Positions 11,690 through 26,099 are shown, counted from the first letter of the stretch. The stretch: 64,000 nucleotides of DNA from Octopus sinensis (GCF_006345805.1 NC_043002.1:52142001-52206000); one strand, 5' to 3'. Translations and numbers: made by a program. Notes: a model not told the origin generated them from the letters alone.

Positions 11690-12295
11690 TTTGAAGACAT
11701 GTGACATCTAAACATATGACCGTGCGCGTACATGTGTCTCAATGAACGTGTGTGCATGCAGTTCAACATTGAAATGCAAAGATACGTGCAGACATGAATG
11801 GAAGTATGCTTGCTGCACTCATGCATATGTGTGTGTATGTATGTATGTATATATGTATGTGTGTATGTATGTATGTGTGTGTGTATGTATGTATGTATAT
11901 ATGCATGTGTGTATGTATGTATGTATGTATGTATGTATGTATGTATGTATGTATGTGTGTGTGTGTATGTATGTATGTGTGTGTATGTATGTATGTATGT
12001 ATGTAAGTATGTATGTATGCATGCATGTATGTATACATGTATGTATGTATGTATGTGTGCGTGTATGTATGTATGTATGTATGTATGTATGTATGTATGT
12101 ATGTATGTATGCATGTATATATGTATGTATGTATGTATGTGTGTATGTATGTATGTATCTATGTAAGTATGTAAGTATATATGTATGTATGTATATCATT
12201 ATTCAGTTTTAGTGCCAATTTCTTGCCAATAGAGACAGAGTCGGTTTCTAAACTAAATCCAAGGCTCCTTCATTGGAATTTCAACAACAGGGTAT
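11690..12295 (-). mobile_element. 3'UTR fragment of the R4/Dong-like family with internal (TACA)n
   Basis: Reverse complement cataccctgttgttgaaattccaatgaaggagcc matches 43843-43880 and follows a long (TACA)n, as at 43500-43840. Confidence 0.5.
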
Positions 12296-12388
12296 GTATG
12301 TATGTATGTATGTATGTATGTATGTATGTATGTATGTATGTATGTATGTATGTATGTATGTATGTATGTGTGTTTGCATGCATGTATG

Positions 12389-12419
<31 letters not shown>

Positions 12420-12899
12420 GTATGTATGTATGTATATATATGTAAATGTGTGAATGTATACATGCTTGTACGCATATATGTATGTGGACATACATACAAG
12501 CATACAGCCAAAAAGGTTAAGATGTCCGATTCGTAATCTCATGATACTGAGTTCGATCCAAGTTCGTGGTATATGAGGCAAGTATCTTTTATATAGATTT
12601 CTCGTGGCATATTGTACACATAATGAATATGTCTTTCTCAACACTATTAAGTCATACCTTAAACAAAAGAGAAGAAACCTTTCTCCCGTGACTCTAAACC
12701 TTCAAATGTATTGTACAAAAGATTTCGAACTACAGGCGTCTTGAACTTAAAGTCAACTTAAGGAACAGCAAGGGAATCTGACAAGTAAAATCAAACTGAA
12801 ATTTAAGCTTAATGTTTTAGTCTTTTTAACAAGCCAACTACAGTCTCCCCTTAACTAAAACATATTTTTATGCGTGACACAAGATGTAAAATTGTGTGA

Positions 12900-14025
12900 C
12901 ACAAAGGATACCAAAAAAACTCACACAGAAAACAACCAAGGATGAGCATTGACCAGAATAAGATCATTTTACCACCACTGCACATCAAATTAGGTTTAAT
13001 GAAACAGTTTATAAAGGCTCTGAACAAAGAGGGGAGATGCTTTAGCTACATCTGCAGAGAATTTCCAGCGCTGAGCATGGAGAAGCTAAGTGCAGGTATT
13101 TTTGAAGGTCCGCAAATCCACATTTCAAAGATTTAATGAACAATGCTGAGGCAGATGCATGATCTTCTTTCACTAAGGTTGTACAGAATTTTCTTGGGAA
13201 CTATAAAGCAGACAATTACACTGAGCTTGTTGAGAGAACGCTATCTTCTTCCCGTCAACTTGACTGTACAATGAGCATCAAAGTGCATTATCTCCACAGC
13301 CACTTTTCCCAGAAAACCTAAATGAAGAGCATGGTGAACGATTCCAACACGATTTAAGAACTATGGAAGAAAGACACTGGGGGCACTGGGATACCCAACT
13401 GATGGCAGATTACTGCTGATCTATTGAAAATGATTGCCCTGGCGCAGCTCACCGCAAGAAGTTTGTGAGCTATCTGAGTGAATGAACAGTGTATCAATGA
13501 CAACTTTCTATGCTTGTTTCATTAATTATCTTATAAATGAAGAACATGGTGAACGATTCCAACACGATTTAAGAACTATGGAAGAAAGACACTGGGGACA
13601 CTGGGATACCCAACTGATGGCAGATTACTGCTGATCTATTCAAAGTGATTGCCCTGGCGCAGCTCACCGCAAGAAGTTTGTGAGCTATCTGAGTAAATGA
13701 ACAGTGTATCAATGATAACTTTCTATGCTTGTTTCATTAATTATCTTATTCTCTGTTATAAATTCTTCATAAATAAAAGAAATCTACGTGTATGAATTCG
13801 TTTTATTAACCCAGAAGGCAAAAACAATGATTTGTAGATATCATTGCGAGTGTTCGATCTGTCGTATGCATTCAAATTAAGGGAATATCATATCTCCAGT
13901 GTAACCAGAAGTGATGGAGCCCCCACCTAAATTAATGGCATATTTAGAATCGGAGATCAAAACTTACCTAAAAAAAAAAAAAGGGTATAATATCTCAGGC
14001 ACCAATTTTTATATTCCTTAGTAAA
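12900..14025 (+). mobile_element. Decayed DNA transposon, CMC/Chapaev3-like transposase C-terminus, with a ~216-bp internal tandem duplication
   Basis: LPPLHIKLGLMKQFIKAL...GIFEGPQI, MSIKVHYLHSH and EEHGERFQHDLRTMEERHWG..MADYC; 13320-13535 is repeated at 13537-13750. Superfamily assignment is from motif recall. Confidence 0.65.
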
Positions 14026-14544
14026 ATTGGTATGATAGTATCATTGTTTTTTCCCACGTCTTCAAGTATATGATTTGTCACTTATGCGTTATTGAAACAA
14101 TTGTAAACCGTTGAATAAACACAACACCAACAACTCCGTGGCTGTGTGGTAAAAAGTTTGCTGCCCAAATAGCCTCGCGCCGATCGAATCCTCGCGACTG
14201 GATTTGGAACACGGAAACCGAAAGAAGCGCGTCGTGGCCGTGTTCCATTTATTTGACATATCGATACATATGCATTGTTTTAGTTTTTATTCGATCTGTA
14301 AGCCATGGAGGCCGTCTGCAATTAAGTAAATCTACTCTATACAACAGCTTCAGAAACGGTCCTCGTGTTAAAGTAACCAACCCTCCCTGAATTCACACAC
14401 TATTCTCTCAGAAATAAAGTGCATACCGGGGAATTTTCTTCTTCGATATATTTCGGCTTAGAAATACATAGGATGATCGCGTCCCGAACATTTTTGAGCG
14501 GAGTTCTTTTTAATCATCTTTGATTTGAGACTAAGCAACAATCA

Positions 14545-14697
<153 letters not shown>

Positions 14698-14865
14698 CAA
14701 CATCAGCAACTACTTACTACTAGTATTTAAGTAAGCGAAGGAACTTTTGCGTAGTCCTTGACTGGATAGTAACAGGAGTTAATTCTGCTCGGTTCATTCC
14801 CTACGTCTTGAAAAATGACTCGTATCCTGGACAAGTAGTCACTTACACACACGCACACGCACACG

Positions 14866-14907
<42 letters not shown>

Positions 14908-14941
14908 ACACACACACACACACCACACACGCACGCACGCA

Positions 14942-14976
<35 letters not shown>

Positions 14977-14979
<3 letters not shown>

Positions 14980-15352
14980 GAGGAGTGGCTGTGTGGTAAG
15001 TAGCTTGCTTACCAACCACATGGTTCCGTGTTCAGTCCCACTGCGTGGCACCTTGGGCAGGTGTCTTCTACAATAGCCTCGGGTCGACCAAAGCCTTGTG
15101 AGTGGATTTGGTAGACGGAAACTGAAAGAAACCCGTCGTATACGTGTATATGTATGTATATATATATATATATATATATGTGTGTCTGTGTTTGTGTCTG
15201 TGTGTCTGTGTTTGTCCCCCCCCCAACATCGCTTGACAACCGATATAATAAGTACTAGGCTTACAAAGAATAAGTCCTGGGGTCGATTTGCTCGACTGAA
15301 GGCGGTGCTGCAGCATGGTCGCAGTCAAATGACTGAAACAAATAAAAGAGTA
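14977..15352 (+). mobile_element. SINE family A, near full length
   Basis: aggagtggctgtgtggtaagtagcttgc...ccttgggcaggtgtcttc...(TA)(TG)...cagtcaaatgactgaaacaaataaaagag. Confidence 0.9.
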
Positions 15353-15790
15353 TGACACAAACAGAATAGTCACGATTTGGGTACCTTGTATCATGGGTTC
15401 GTTCAATCAGCGCTAAGCTGGTGTTAAACAACAAGAAAAGCAGCACGTCTTTTGCTATTAGAGAAAAAAATATATGCGGTAGAGGTGACAGAAACACAAA
15501 CTGAATCGTTCTGGTGTTTATATTTTCAAATGACATTGAAATCAACGCAGTGAAGTGGTCTCCCTTTGTAGGAATCGAAACAACTTCTTGTCTCCATTTA
15601 GCTACAACTGTGCCATGCATCTGTCACATATTTCAGCGAACCATGGTAAACATTGTAGCCAATTTACCCAGATACTTAATGGTAACTCTGCACGCTTAAC
15701 GCTATCTATATATCTTATCGATTCTTTTATTACATACACGCATACATACATACACACACACATACATACATACATACATACATACATACA

Positions 15791-15825
<35 letters not shown>

Positions 15826-16516
15826 TCAGAGAGAGGGAGCGAGGGAGAGATAGATAGATAGATAGAGAAAGAGAGGGAGATAAAATATATGCTCATATGC
15901 TCATACATATCTATGTATGAATGTATGTATGTATATATGTATATATATACCAATGAAAGAAGACAAAATTCTTTAACATCCACACAGACATGCGTGCACA
16001 CACACACACATACACATACACATACACGCACACATATCTACGTGCGCGCACACATACATACACATGTACAAATATATCATGCATAAAAAATAAATAATTA
16101 TATACATGTACTTAAATGCATATGTTTTTAACTGTGGAGAGCAAACATGTGTCTACTCATTTCATCCATTTACCAAAGATCTCGTACACCGATTAGCAGC
16201 GAATGGCCTACAAGCACCACGACCTTGAGACGAAGTGCCTGATGCTATCATACGGACCGAAGATCACTGCATCGCAACAAATTCTTGTGTAAGTATTCTT
16301 AATCTCTGCTGGCCATAGACAAATGTGATGTTATCGTGAAGGGGCTGGAGCTGGTTATTGGGGAAAATGGTAAAAGGCTGGGTGGTAGATGTTTCGCGAT
16401 TTGATTAAAATCTTTGGATTACGGAAAGTAATGGCGAAAGGCTACGGAGAGCATTTACTTGCTTATTGACAATATACCTGTGTAGTTGTACCTGTTGTGT
16501 TGTGCGTGCGTGCGTT

Positions 16517-16592
<76 letters not shown>

Positions 16593-16696
16593 GAGGTATA
16601 CACAGACACATCCATATTACATAGATATATCTAGATAGACATAAATGGATTGCTATATACATACATACAAACACTAACCTGCATACATATATATTT

Positions 16697-16783
<87 letters not shown>

Positions 16784-16949
16784 TAGATAGAGAGAGAGAG
16801 AGAGAAAGGGAGAGAAAGAGAGAGATGTAATTTCAGAGGCACATAGATATATGTATACACAATAGATAGAGAGACATACACACATGAACACAGGCATTTA
16901 TTAATTTGTACTTAAACTTAAATGTGCTGTACACTCTCTTCTGTTAAAA

Positions 16950-17935
16950 TTGCTTAGAGTTTAAAAGATTGTCTTATGTAATCATAATTACTCATAGGGA
17001 CAAAGATGTCATTTAATGGAGCCGTTGACGGCTGTATACATCAGTAAATTAAGATGAAATTATTCGCGGTTTATATTATGGTTGTGGGGCTTTCATATAA
17101 TTACATAGATGTTAACGTTAGTCACAATTAGTCGTGAATAAGCAGGATTGTCTTGAGGTTCATGAAAAAGAACTCTCCTACGATTAATACACAACTGATA
17201 TCATGAAGGGACTAAGTAATCGCCGACAATAAGTAGCAGTCGTTTTAAAAATACACGAAAAGAAATATTAACACCACCATATAAATTCATGGTAAAAACA
17301 AGTACCCTTACTCACTTTGAGTCCACAGTTTTATGCGAAACATGTCAGAAGCCATTGAGAGTCAAATACTAAATTATTGCAAACAAGCTAAAGTAAAAGG
17401 AGTCATCATGAAATTATCGAAGTATATCTATAAACAAAGGGTAAATTCCTAGAAAAATATTGCATACCATCCTGATGTATTCACAAATAATACATTAACT
17501 GTTTTGAACTTACAGAGCACATTTGAAATTCTACTCAGTATACTCATTAATCACAGGTACCCGGAGGAAGCAGACTAAAAGAAAGTATCGAAGATGAAAA
17601 GAGACAAGTGTCACTACCAACGATAGCAGATAAAGCACCGATGTTTAGAAATGAATAACAAATATTGCAACTTGTATCTTACAGAAAAACTTCGTATTAT
17701 TATTATTATGACACATACTCAAATCCTTTCTCACGAATCTCAAAACTGATACTAATGATGCATAATAAAGTAACTGATATCAACGACCGTGTTATTATAT
17801 GAACGCACGTAATATAAACTGTTGGTAATAATTTTTATTCATCCGATGATGTATATAGTCGATGAAAAGGCCTATTGAACGAAACCTTGTTTCGGATAAT
17901 TTGCCCTTTTGTTGACCTTAGATATGAAACAGACA
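16950..17935 (+). mobile_element. Decayed Penelope-like element (GIY-YIG C-terminal region and 3' end)
   Basis: tgcaacttgtatcttacagaaaaacttcgtatt translates as CNLYLTEKLRI, resembling the PLE C-terminal CNLCLxEK motif. A degenerate hammerhead (CCGATGA...GAAAAGGCCTA) lies at 17843-17875. Confidence 0.5.
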
Positions 17936-18857
17936 CATATATATACAATACTTGTTCGAGACAATGGCAAGTGTCTAATAAAGGTCCTTGGGTATAGAAC
18001 AAAGAACTAAAGAGAGACTAAAGTAGCACCACGGAAAATGCATTAAAAATCCATTACACTCATTTCTTAATACATCTGAATTTTGAAAAATAGATTTGAG
18101 GAAATCACCATTTTAGTACCAAAAAAAAAAAAAAAAAAAAGAAGGAAGATATTTATTTGAATTTTTCTTGTTATATATCACATTTAAACATAAACATTTT
18201 TATTCTGATGTTTAATCTTATATCTCACATTCTGTATTTGACATATACTTGATTTTACATGATTGATATATATACTAATTCATATTTATAAATATCATTT
18301 ATAAATTTAAATTCTTAATATTACAAAGTAAAATTTTTATTCTTAAATTTTAATTCGTAATTTTAAATCTTTAATCCTTAACTCCAGCGTGTTTCGAAGG
18401 TGACGCTGGAGTTGAACTAAGGACAGCTGATGAAGAGGAATTTTCCTTGTGTAGTTGTCTTGTACCCTGTTTTTTCGTTGTTAAAAAAATGGTCCGTTCC
18501 ATGCTGTTTTTACGTTTTCGTTTCTCGTTGAGTTCTACGTCTATTTGTGGTGTCCTGTACACACGTATATATAGTTATATATGCATGTATATATACATGT
18601 AGATGTAGGTACGTACATATATGTTTGTATGTATGCATATATTTTATTTATTACACTATTGTATGACTGAGCGCCATCGCGTCGATTCGATTCGTTTGGT
18701 TTGGTTTCGTTTCTTCTTCTTCTCTAAGCTGGTTTTTATATATATATATATAGGACCAATTCTTCAGTAAATCTTTAGTGAAATGATGTTGTGAGCTGAC
18801 TTCTCTGTTCTGTAGTGTTTGTACACGAATGCCATCTTGTTTGCATTTATTCTTGTA

Positions 18858-19198
18858 GGCGTAGGCGTGGCTGTGTTGTAAGAAGCTTGTTTCTCAACCA
18901 CATGGTTCCGGGTTCAGTCCCACTGCGTGGCACCTATAGCCTCGGGCCGACCAAAGCCTTGTGAGTGGATTTGGTAGACGGAAACGGAAAGAAGCCCGTC
19001 ATTTGTCCCCCCACCATCGCTTGACAACTAATGTTGGTGTGTTTACGTCCCCGTTATCTAGCGGTTCGGCAAAAGAGACCGATAGAATAAGTACTAGGCT
19101 TTTAAAGAATAAGTCCTTGGGTATATTTGTTCGACTAAAGGTGGTGCTCCAGCATGGCTGCAGTCAAATGACTGAAACAAATAAAAGAATAAAAGAAT
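18858..19198 (+). mobile_element. SINE family A with internal deletions
   Basis: Head and tail as in other copies; the internal microsatellite is missing. Confidence 0.85.
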
Positions 19199-19349
19199 AG
19201 TGCAGAGTTCTATCGCTTTGTCTAAAGGTCGGTATATAAGGTTTCTCTGGAACCTAGGTTTTGAAGAGTGAGCAACTGGGATCTAGAGGAACTGTATGAT
19301 GGAGTAGAATGTTTTAATAAGTTGTTGAAAATTGAATGTTTAAGTCTCA

Positions 19350-19539
19350 TTACTACTATTATTACTACTACTACTACTACTACTACTACTATACTACTAC
19401 TACTACTACTACTGACTACTGCTGCTGCTGCTGCTGCTGCCACCACCACCACCACCACCACCACCACTACCATAACCATCACCAACACCACTACCACCAC
19501 CACCACCAAAACCACCACCACCACCACCACCACCACCCT

Positions 19540-19584
<45 letters not shown>

Positions 19585-19660
19585 GCAACTACTACTACTG
19601 CTGCTGCTGCTGCTGCTACTACTACTACCACCACCACCACCACCACCACCACCACCATCA
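19350..19660. repeat. Compound trinucleotide array (TAC/TGC/CAC)
   Basis: Directly visible in the sequence. Confidence 0.95.
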
Positions 19661-20207
19661 CTCGATACACGGTGTGAAGGCGACGAGATACTGACGAGAT
19701 CCTGAGCTAAACAAAACAAAACAAAACGACACCAAGGACGCTAACATTTCGGCATGGAAGCCTCTACATAGTCACTGGAACGTTGGACACAATGCAGTCA
19801 TGTACAGTCTCTGTCTGAAAAAACAAGACGTGAATTAAATATTGAAAATAGTAAATTCTTTTGAAGAAATAAAAGCTTTTATAATCGTCGTATCTTTATA
19901 TCTTTATATCATGATATCTTTATATCATTATATATATTATATTAAATTCATATTAAATTTTCTTTTATATGAAGTTGTTCTTAAATATTCATATCATCTT
20001 GATATATTGATATCATTCTTCATATGTAATCCGCTGAATGAGGAAACAAATCCCAGTGTTTTAAATTTTTTAAAATCTATAAAATATTTTTTATAAAATG
20101 CAGTCATTGATTGTTCATAGCATTCATTTATCCCAAGAGATTAGTGTGAGACTTTATTTGAAAGAGTAAATCGTTTGAACCATCATGTCAATAGCGAAAT
20201 CAAAGCT

Positions 20208-20300
<93 letters not shown>

Positions 20301-20535
20301 ATATATATGTATATATATATTTATGTATGTATATATATGTTATATATGTATGTATATATATATATTTATGCATATATATATGTATTTATGTATATGTATG
20401 TATATAATGTATGTATATATATGTATGTATATATATGTCGTATAATATATATATATATAATATATATGTATGCATGTATATGTATGTATATATATGTATG
20501 TATCTATATTGTATGTATATATATGTATGTATAAT

Positions 20536-20580
<45 letters not shown>

Positions 20581-20613
20581 ATGTATGTATATATATGTAA
20601 TGTATGTATGAGT

Positions 20614-21000
20614 GCAGGCGTGGCTGTGTGGTAAAAAGCTTGCTTCCCAACCACATGGTTCCAGGGTCAATCCCACTGCGTGGCATAATGGGCAAGAGCC
20701 TTCTACTATAGTCTCGACCAAGGCACTGTGAATAGATTTAGTAGATGGAAACTGAAAGAAGTCCATCGTATATATCATGTATATATCTATGTGTGTGTCC
20801 TTGTATCGGTGATTGCACCACCCCACCTTTTAACAACTGGTGCTGGTGTGTTGGCACGCCCGTAACTTAGCGGTCCGGCAAAGAGACGGATAGAATAAAT
20901 ACCAGGCTTTAAAAAATAAGTACTGGGTTCGATTCATTCGACTAAGAATTCTTCAAGACGGTGCTCCAGCATCGCCGCTGAAACAACTAAAAGATTAAAG
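20614..21000 (+). mobile_element. SINE family A, full length
   Basis: gcaggcgtggctgtgtggtaaaaagcttgc...gacggtgctccagcatcgccgctgaaac. Confidence 0.85.
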
Positions 21001-21102
21001 ATGTATGTACACACACACGCACACACCACACACACACACACACACACGCACACACTCACACACACACACACGCACGCACGCACACACACACACACGCACA
21101 CA

Positions 21103-21134
<32 letters not shown>

Positions 21135-21159
21135 TACACACACACACGTATGTATATAA

Positions 21160-21448
21160 GTTGAGCTGGCAGAATTGTTAGCACGCTGAGCAGAAAACTT
21201 TGCAGCATTATATCTGTCTTTACGTTCTGACTTCAAATTCCACAGAGTTCGACTTTGCCTTTCGTTCTTTCGGGGGCCACAAAATAAGTATCAGTTGAGC
21301 AGTTGAGCACTGGGGTCGATATAATCGACTTACTCCCGATAGAATACGTACTAGGCTTACAAAGAATAAGTCCTGGTGTCGATTTGCTCGACTAAAGGCG
21401 GTGCTCCAGCATGGCCACAGTCACATGCCCGAAACAAGTAAAAGAGTA
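21160..21448 (+). mobile_element. SINE-B body joined to a SINE-A tail
   Basis: SINE-B sequence runs to ~21335, followed by ccgatagaatacgtactaggcttacaaagaataagtcctgg...gaaacaagtaaaagag. Confidence 0.75.
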
Positions 21449-22514
21449 TGCGTTATTTACCCTAAGAGAATCTCTCATAAGCATTCGTGGTGCATAAAAG
21501 GACATGCAATTATATCGTCGACAGACGTTGTGTTCCAACACAACTTCTACGTTAAGCTGGATATCTGCTTCTTTTGTAATTAATTATTTTAAAAGGAAAC
21601 ATATCCCGTAAGGGTCTGCTCGATAGTATTCAGAAAAAAATGACAATTTGGGTCATGAAAGCTGGCCCTTTCAATCAGAGATGTGGCAGAGCTAGCAGTA
21701 GCAGCAGCAACAAAGAAATTTGGCAGGCATATGAATTAATGAAGGAATCTCTAGAAAATTGATTCGTCAAACTAATACACCTGTTTGTTGTTCAAACACC
21801 TGTCTTCGTCTTTTGTTTTTCTATAAATTTCAACTATATATTACACGCTCACTGACTGAACTTCCTACTCTTTGGACTTGCATATCTGAACCACTTCCCG
21901 AACTTCCAGTACCTCTCCTCATCCACCCGGATTACCACTGGATCTACCGACTCTGCCTTCACTGATTTCACTGGATTTTTTTCGTTGATGTGTATCGCTC
22001 CAATCTACCACGACTCTTGAACTTTTTGAACTTTCTGAACTTCTATACTCCCTACTTTCATACTTTGCCTTTCTCTCTCCTTTTTAACATTTTTCTTTTT
22101 TCTTCTTTTTTCTTTCTTCTTCCTTTTTTCTCTTTTCCTTTTTCCTTTTTTACTTTTCCCACCTTTTCTCACTTTTCTCCTCCCCCTTTCCCCTTTTCTT
22201 TTCTCCTTTTTCCGGCATGCTTAATTACAAATCCTTCCTCCTCCACCTTCACCACCGCCTAAAAAAACACCTTTTCATGCTTCCAACTTCTGTCATGTTT
22301 CTTTCTCAGTCACTGCCATCACCACCACCTCATTCCCAAAAGTTTCCGCATCCATTTCCACCCAACTTTCCATTTTGCCTCTGCCATCCTACCCATACTC
22401 CATACCACTTCCTACCGCCTTATGCGTGCTACCATTCGTTCTAATTCTCCAAAATACACACTCTCCACCGCTTTCTTCCTCTCGCTTATTCCACATTTTT
22501 TCCTGCTGCTCACC

Positions 22515-22645
22515 ATCCGTTGCGCGCATATGGTTGTGATGCATGTGCCTAGTGTATCCTTATCAGACGGGTAGTCATGTTGGGTATACTGGGCTTCGTA
22601 TATTTTACCCCAGTGTCACTTTGATGGCATGCACTGCTCTCACTC

Positions 22646-22646
<1 letters not shown>
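22515..22646 (+). mobile_element. Retroposon 3' end followed by (TAA)n
   Basis: Matches the reverse complement of 32627-32750; both copies end in (TAA)n. Confidence 0.7.
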
Positions 22647-22710
<64 letters not shown>

Positions 22711-22724
22711 CAACAATAATAATA

Positions 22725-22758
<34 letters not shown>

Positions 22759-23250
22759 CATACTCTGGGATATGCCGATACACACAGATAGAGAAATCAA
22801 GGCCAACAGACCAGATATAGTTGTCAGAGATCATGAAGAAAAATGCTTTCTAATTGATGTATCAATACCAGCAGATGACAACGTGTCTCTAAAAGAAATG
22901 GAGAAACTTCCAAAATACAAAGACCTGGAAATAGAGGTAACTAGAATGTGGAATATAAAAGCAGAAACAATTCCTATCATAGTAGGTGCATTAGGCATGA
23001 TAAAAAAATATTCAAACAAATACATAACAAAAACACATATAACATACTTACAAACACATATAACAAACACATATAACAAACACATATAACATACAGAAAA
23101 TTGCACTACTAGGCACTGCACACATCCTATGCAGAATACTTTCCATACAATAACCGTCAGAGCATCACAACAAATCACAGCACATACCCAAGGCACACAG
23201 AGCTGCGCTCGGTAGTGAAGTGAAAGCACGCTATACAAATAAAACTACTG
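22759..23250 (+). mobile_element. 5'-truncated R4/Dong-like non-LTR retrotransposon (RLE domain and 3'UTR) inserted in (TAA)n
   Basis: ILWDMPIHTDREIKANRPDIVVRD..CFLIDVSIP..KEMEKLPKYKDL..PIIVGALG is a PD-(D/E)xK RLE motif set; (TAA)n lies on both sides. Confidence 0.85.
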
Positions 23251-23403
23251 AATAATAATAATAATATAATAATATAATAATATATAATAATAATAATAAT
23301 AATGATGATGATGATGATATAATAATAATATAATAATAATAATGATAATAATGATAATAATAATGATAATAATATAATGATAATGATAATGATAATAATA
23401 ATG

Positions 23404-23440
<37 letters not shown>

Positions 23441-23570
23441 TAATAATGATAATAATAATAATAATTATAATGATAATGATAATGATAATAATATGATAAT
23501 AATAATAATAATATAATAATAATAATATAATGATAATGATAATGATATAATAATAATAATAATAATAATA

Positions 23571-23612
<42 letters not shown>

Positions 23613-23639
23613 TGATGATGATGGTGGTGGTGGTGGTGG

Positions 23640-23785
23640 TTTTAGTGATTCCAGTGGGAATCGGAGCATTGGGATGCATATCGGACAGTTTCGAGGTCTG
23701 TAAATAAAATCAGAATTGATGCAAGGTTATAGATCATACAGAGGACAACACTTGGTATAGCAAGGATTTTGAGGCAAGTGTAAGG
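23640..23785 (+). mobile_element. Short diverged R4/Dong-like C-terminal fragment
   Basis: VIPVGIGALGCIS...IQRTTLGIARILRQV*. Confidence 0.55.
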
Positions 23786-23789
23786 TACA

Positions 23790-24707
23790 GTAGAGGAAAC
23801 AGCTGAAATGTCTGGACAGTTTAAAATTTAATTATCTAAGATTTGCAAAAATGAAACATAATTATGTCACCACCACTGCCGCCGCCGCCGACATGGTAGA
23901 GCAAATTGATGTCAGTCTCAGAACAGTTGTCAGGTATCTCTACAAATTTGGTTACTATGGCAGAGCAGAGGAAGGAAGCCACATCTTTGACCAGCCAATA
24001 GGAAACGGAGAAAAGATGTGGCCAGCGAGATAGAGGAGAGGCAATTAGCAATTTGGAAGACTGTCATATTCTCTGATGAGTCCAGATTTGCTGTATTTCC
24101 TAACAGTGGTTGAGTGTGAGTTTTGGAAACTCTGTGATCAAGAATTTGAGCAGCTATTCTGTGATGGTCTGGAGAACAATTTGGAGCAATGGTTGATCAG
24201 AGCTGGTGGAGTGTAAGGGAAAAATAAACTCAAATAAATATATGTCCATATGTCCAAACTTCTCCAGTAGTGAAATGATTAAAGAAGACTCTCTATTTAT
24301 GGAAGATGGGATTCCTTGTCACACGGTTAAAATGACCCAATATTTGTTGGAAAAGAATGGCATTAGAAAGCTTCCATAGCCAAGCCAGTCACCAGATATG
24401 AACCCTATAGAACACCTCTGGGGCATAATGGACAGGAAATTTTATAAACAGAACAAGGAAGCATCTTCAAAGCAAGAGCTTTTGAGATTATTGCATGGAA
24501 CTTAGCAAGAAATTCCGCAAGGGAATATTCACCGTCTGATCAGTAACATGCCTAATAGGGCCCTTGCATTGAAAAATGCAAAGAGCATGTTTACTAAATA
24601 TTGAATGTTCGCATTATTACAACTCACAAATAATTTAAATGTATAATTTCAGATTTAGATAAATTTTAATGATTATAAGGGTGTCTATTTACTTCTTACA
24701 TGTCTGC

Positions 24708-24708
<1 letters not shown>
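23790..24708 (+). mobile_element. Decayed Tc1-type transposase
   Basis: WKTVIFSDESRF, FMEDGIPCHT, PSQSPDMNPIEHLWG and LISNMPNRALALKNAKSMFTKY*, with stops and frameshifts. Confidence 0.88.
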
Positions 24709-24746
<38 letters not shown>

Positions 24747-24912
24747 TAAATTACGGACGAACAAGATATAACACATACATACGATTACAATTGTACCGTC
24801 CACACACTAATAAAACGCAACCGACACTCAAACACAGAATATATACACATACAACAACATACAAACAACACGTGCAACAGGTAAACAACGTACACACACA
24901 CACACACACACA

Positions 24913-24929
<17 letters not shown>

Positions 24930-24950
<21 letters not shown>

Positions 24951-25490
24951 ACAACATATAAACAAAGAACATGCACACAAACAACACAACACGCGCTCAA
25001 ACAGATTCGGACATGCACTAATATAATACACACAGATACAAACAACATGCACACAAACATACAAAGGGATCAATAAGGCATGCATACATATACACACACA
25101 CATTCACAGACAACACTAAATGTCTAAATGCATACACATATAGGCTAAACAATAATACATACACAAATACACAAATACGCACACACATACACACACACAT
25201 AAACACACAAACACACACACACATACAACAACATATAAACAAAGAACATGCACACAAACAACACAACACGCGCTCAAACAGATTCGGACATGCACTAATA
25301 TAATACACACAGATACAAACAACATGCACACAAACATACAAAGGGATCAATAAGGCATGCATACATATACACACACACATTCACAGACAACACTAAATGT
25401 CTAAATGCATACACATATAGGCTAAACAATAATACATACACAAATACACAAATACGCACACACATACACACACACACACACACACATAAA
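24930..25490. repeat. 277-bp direct tandem duplication of CA-rich sequence
   Basis: Identical segments offset by 277 bp (ORF starts 25060/25337 and 25103/25380). Confidence 0.85.
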
Positions 25491-26054
25491 CACACAAACA
25501 CACACACACATAAACACACACTTATTAGTGACCTGGTCTGCGCCAAGCATACACGGTCTTAGAGAATATAACAGACTTGTATCTGTCACTGCCACGACCA
25601 TCACTACCAACGACACCTTCCACCAATGTTAAAATCGATAGCCAATCAGCCAATCAGCTAGATGGTGACGTCTCATCCATTATACATTGGAGAACGTCCG
25701 TTTAATTTTCCCGATTATATCCTATACAGTCTTTCAATGCATAATTCATATAATTTTAACGGTTTATACATACATACATACATACATACATACATACATA
25801 CATACATACATAAACACACACATACATACATACATACATGCATACATACATACATACTTATAGAATTACACATACACTTCCATTCACACTCACACGCACA
25901 CACACATACGTGTGTGTATGTGTGTATGTGTGTATATATAATATATCTGTATATATATATGTATATAATATATATATATATATATACATATATAGATATA
26001 TATATAGATATATATATAATATATATATATATATTTACATATACATGTATAATA

Positions 26055-26099
<45 letters not shown>

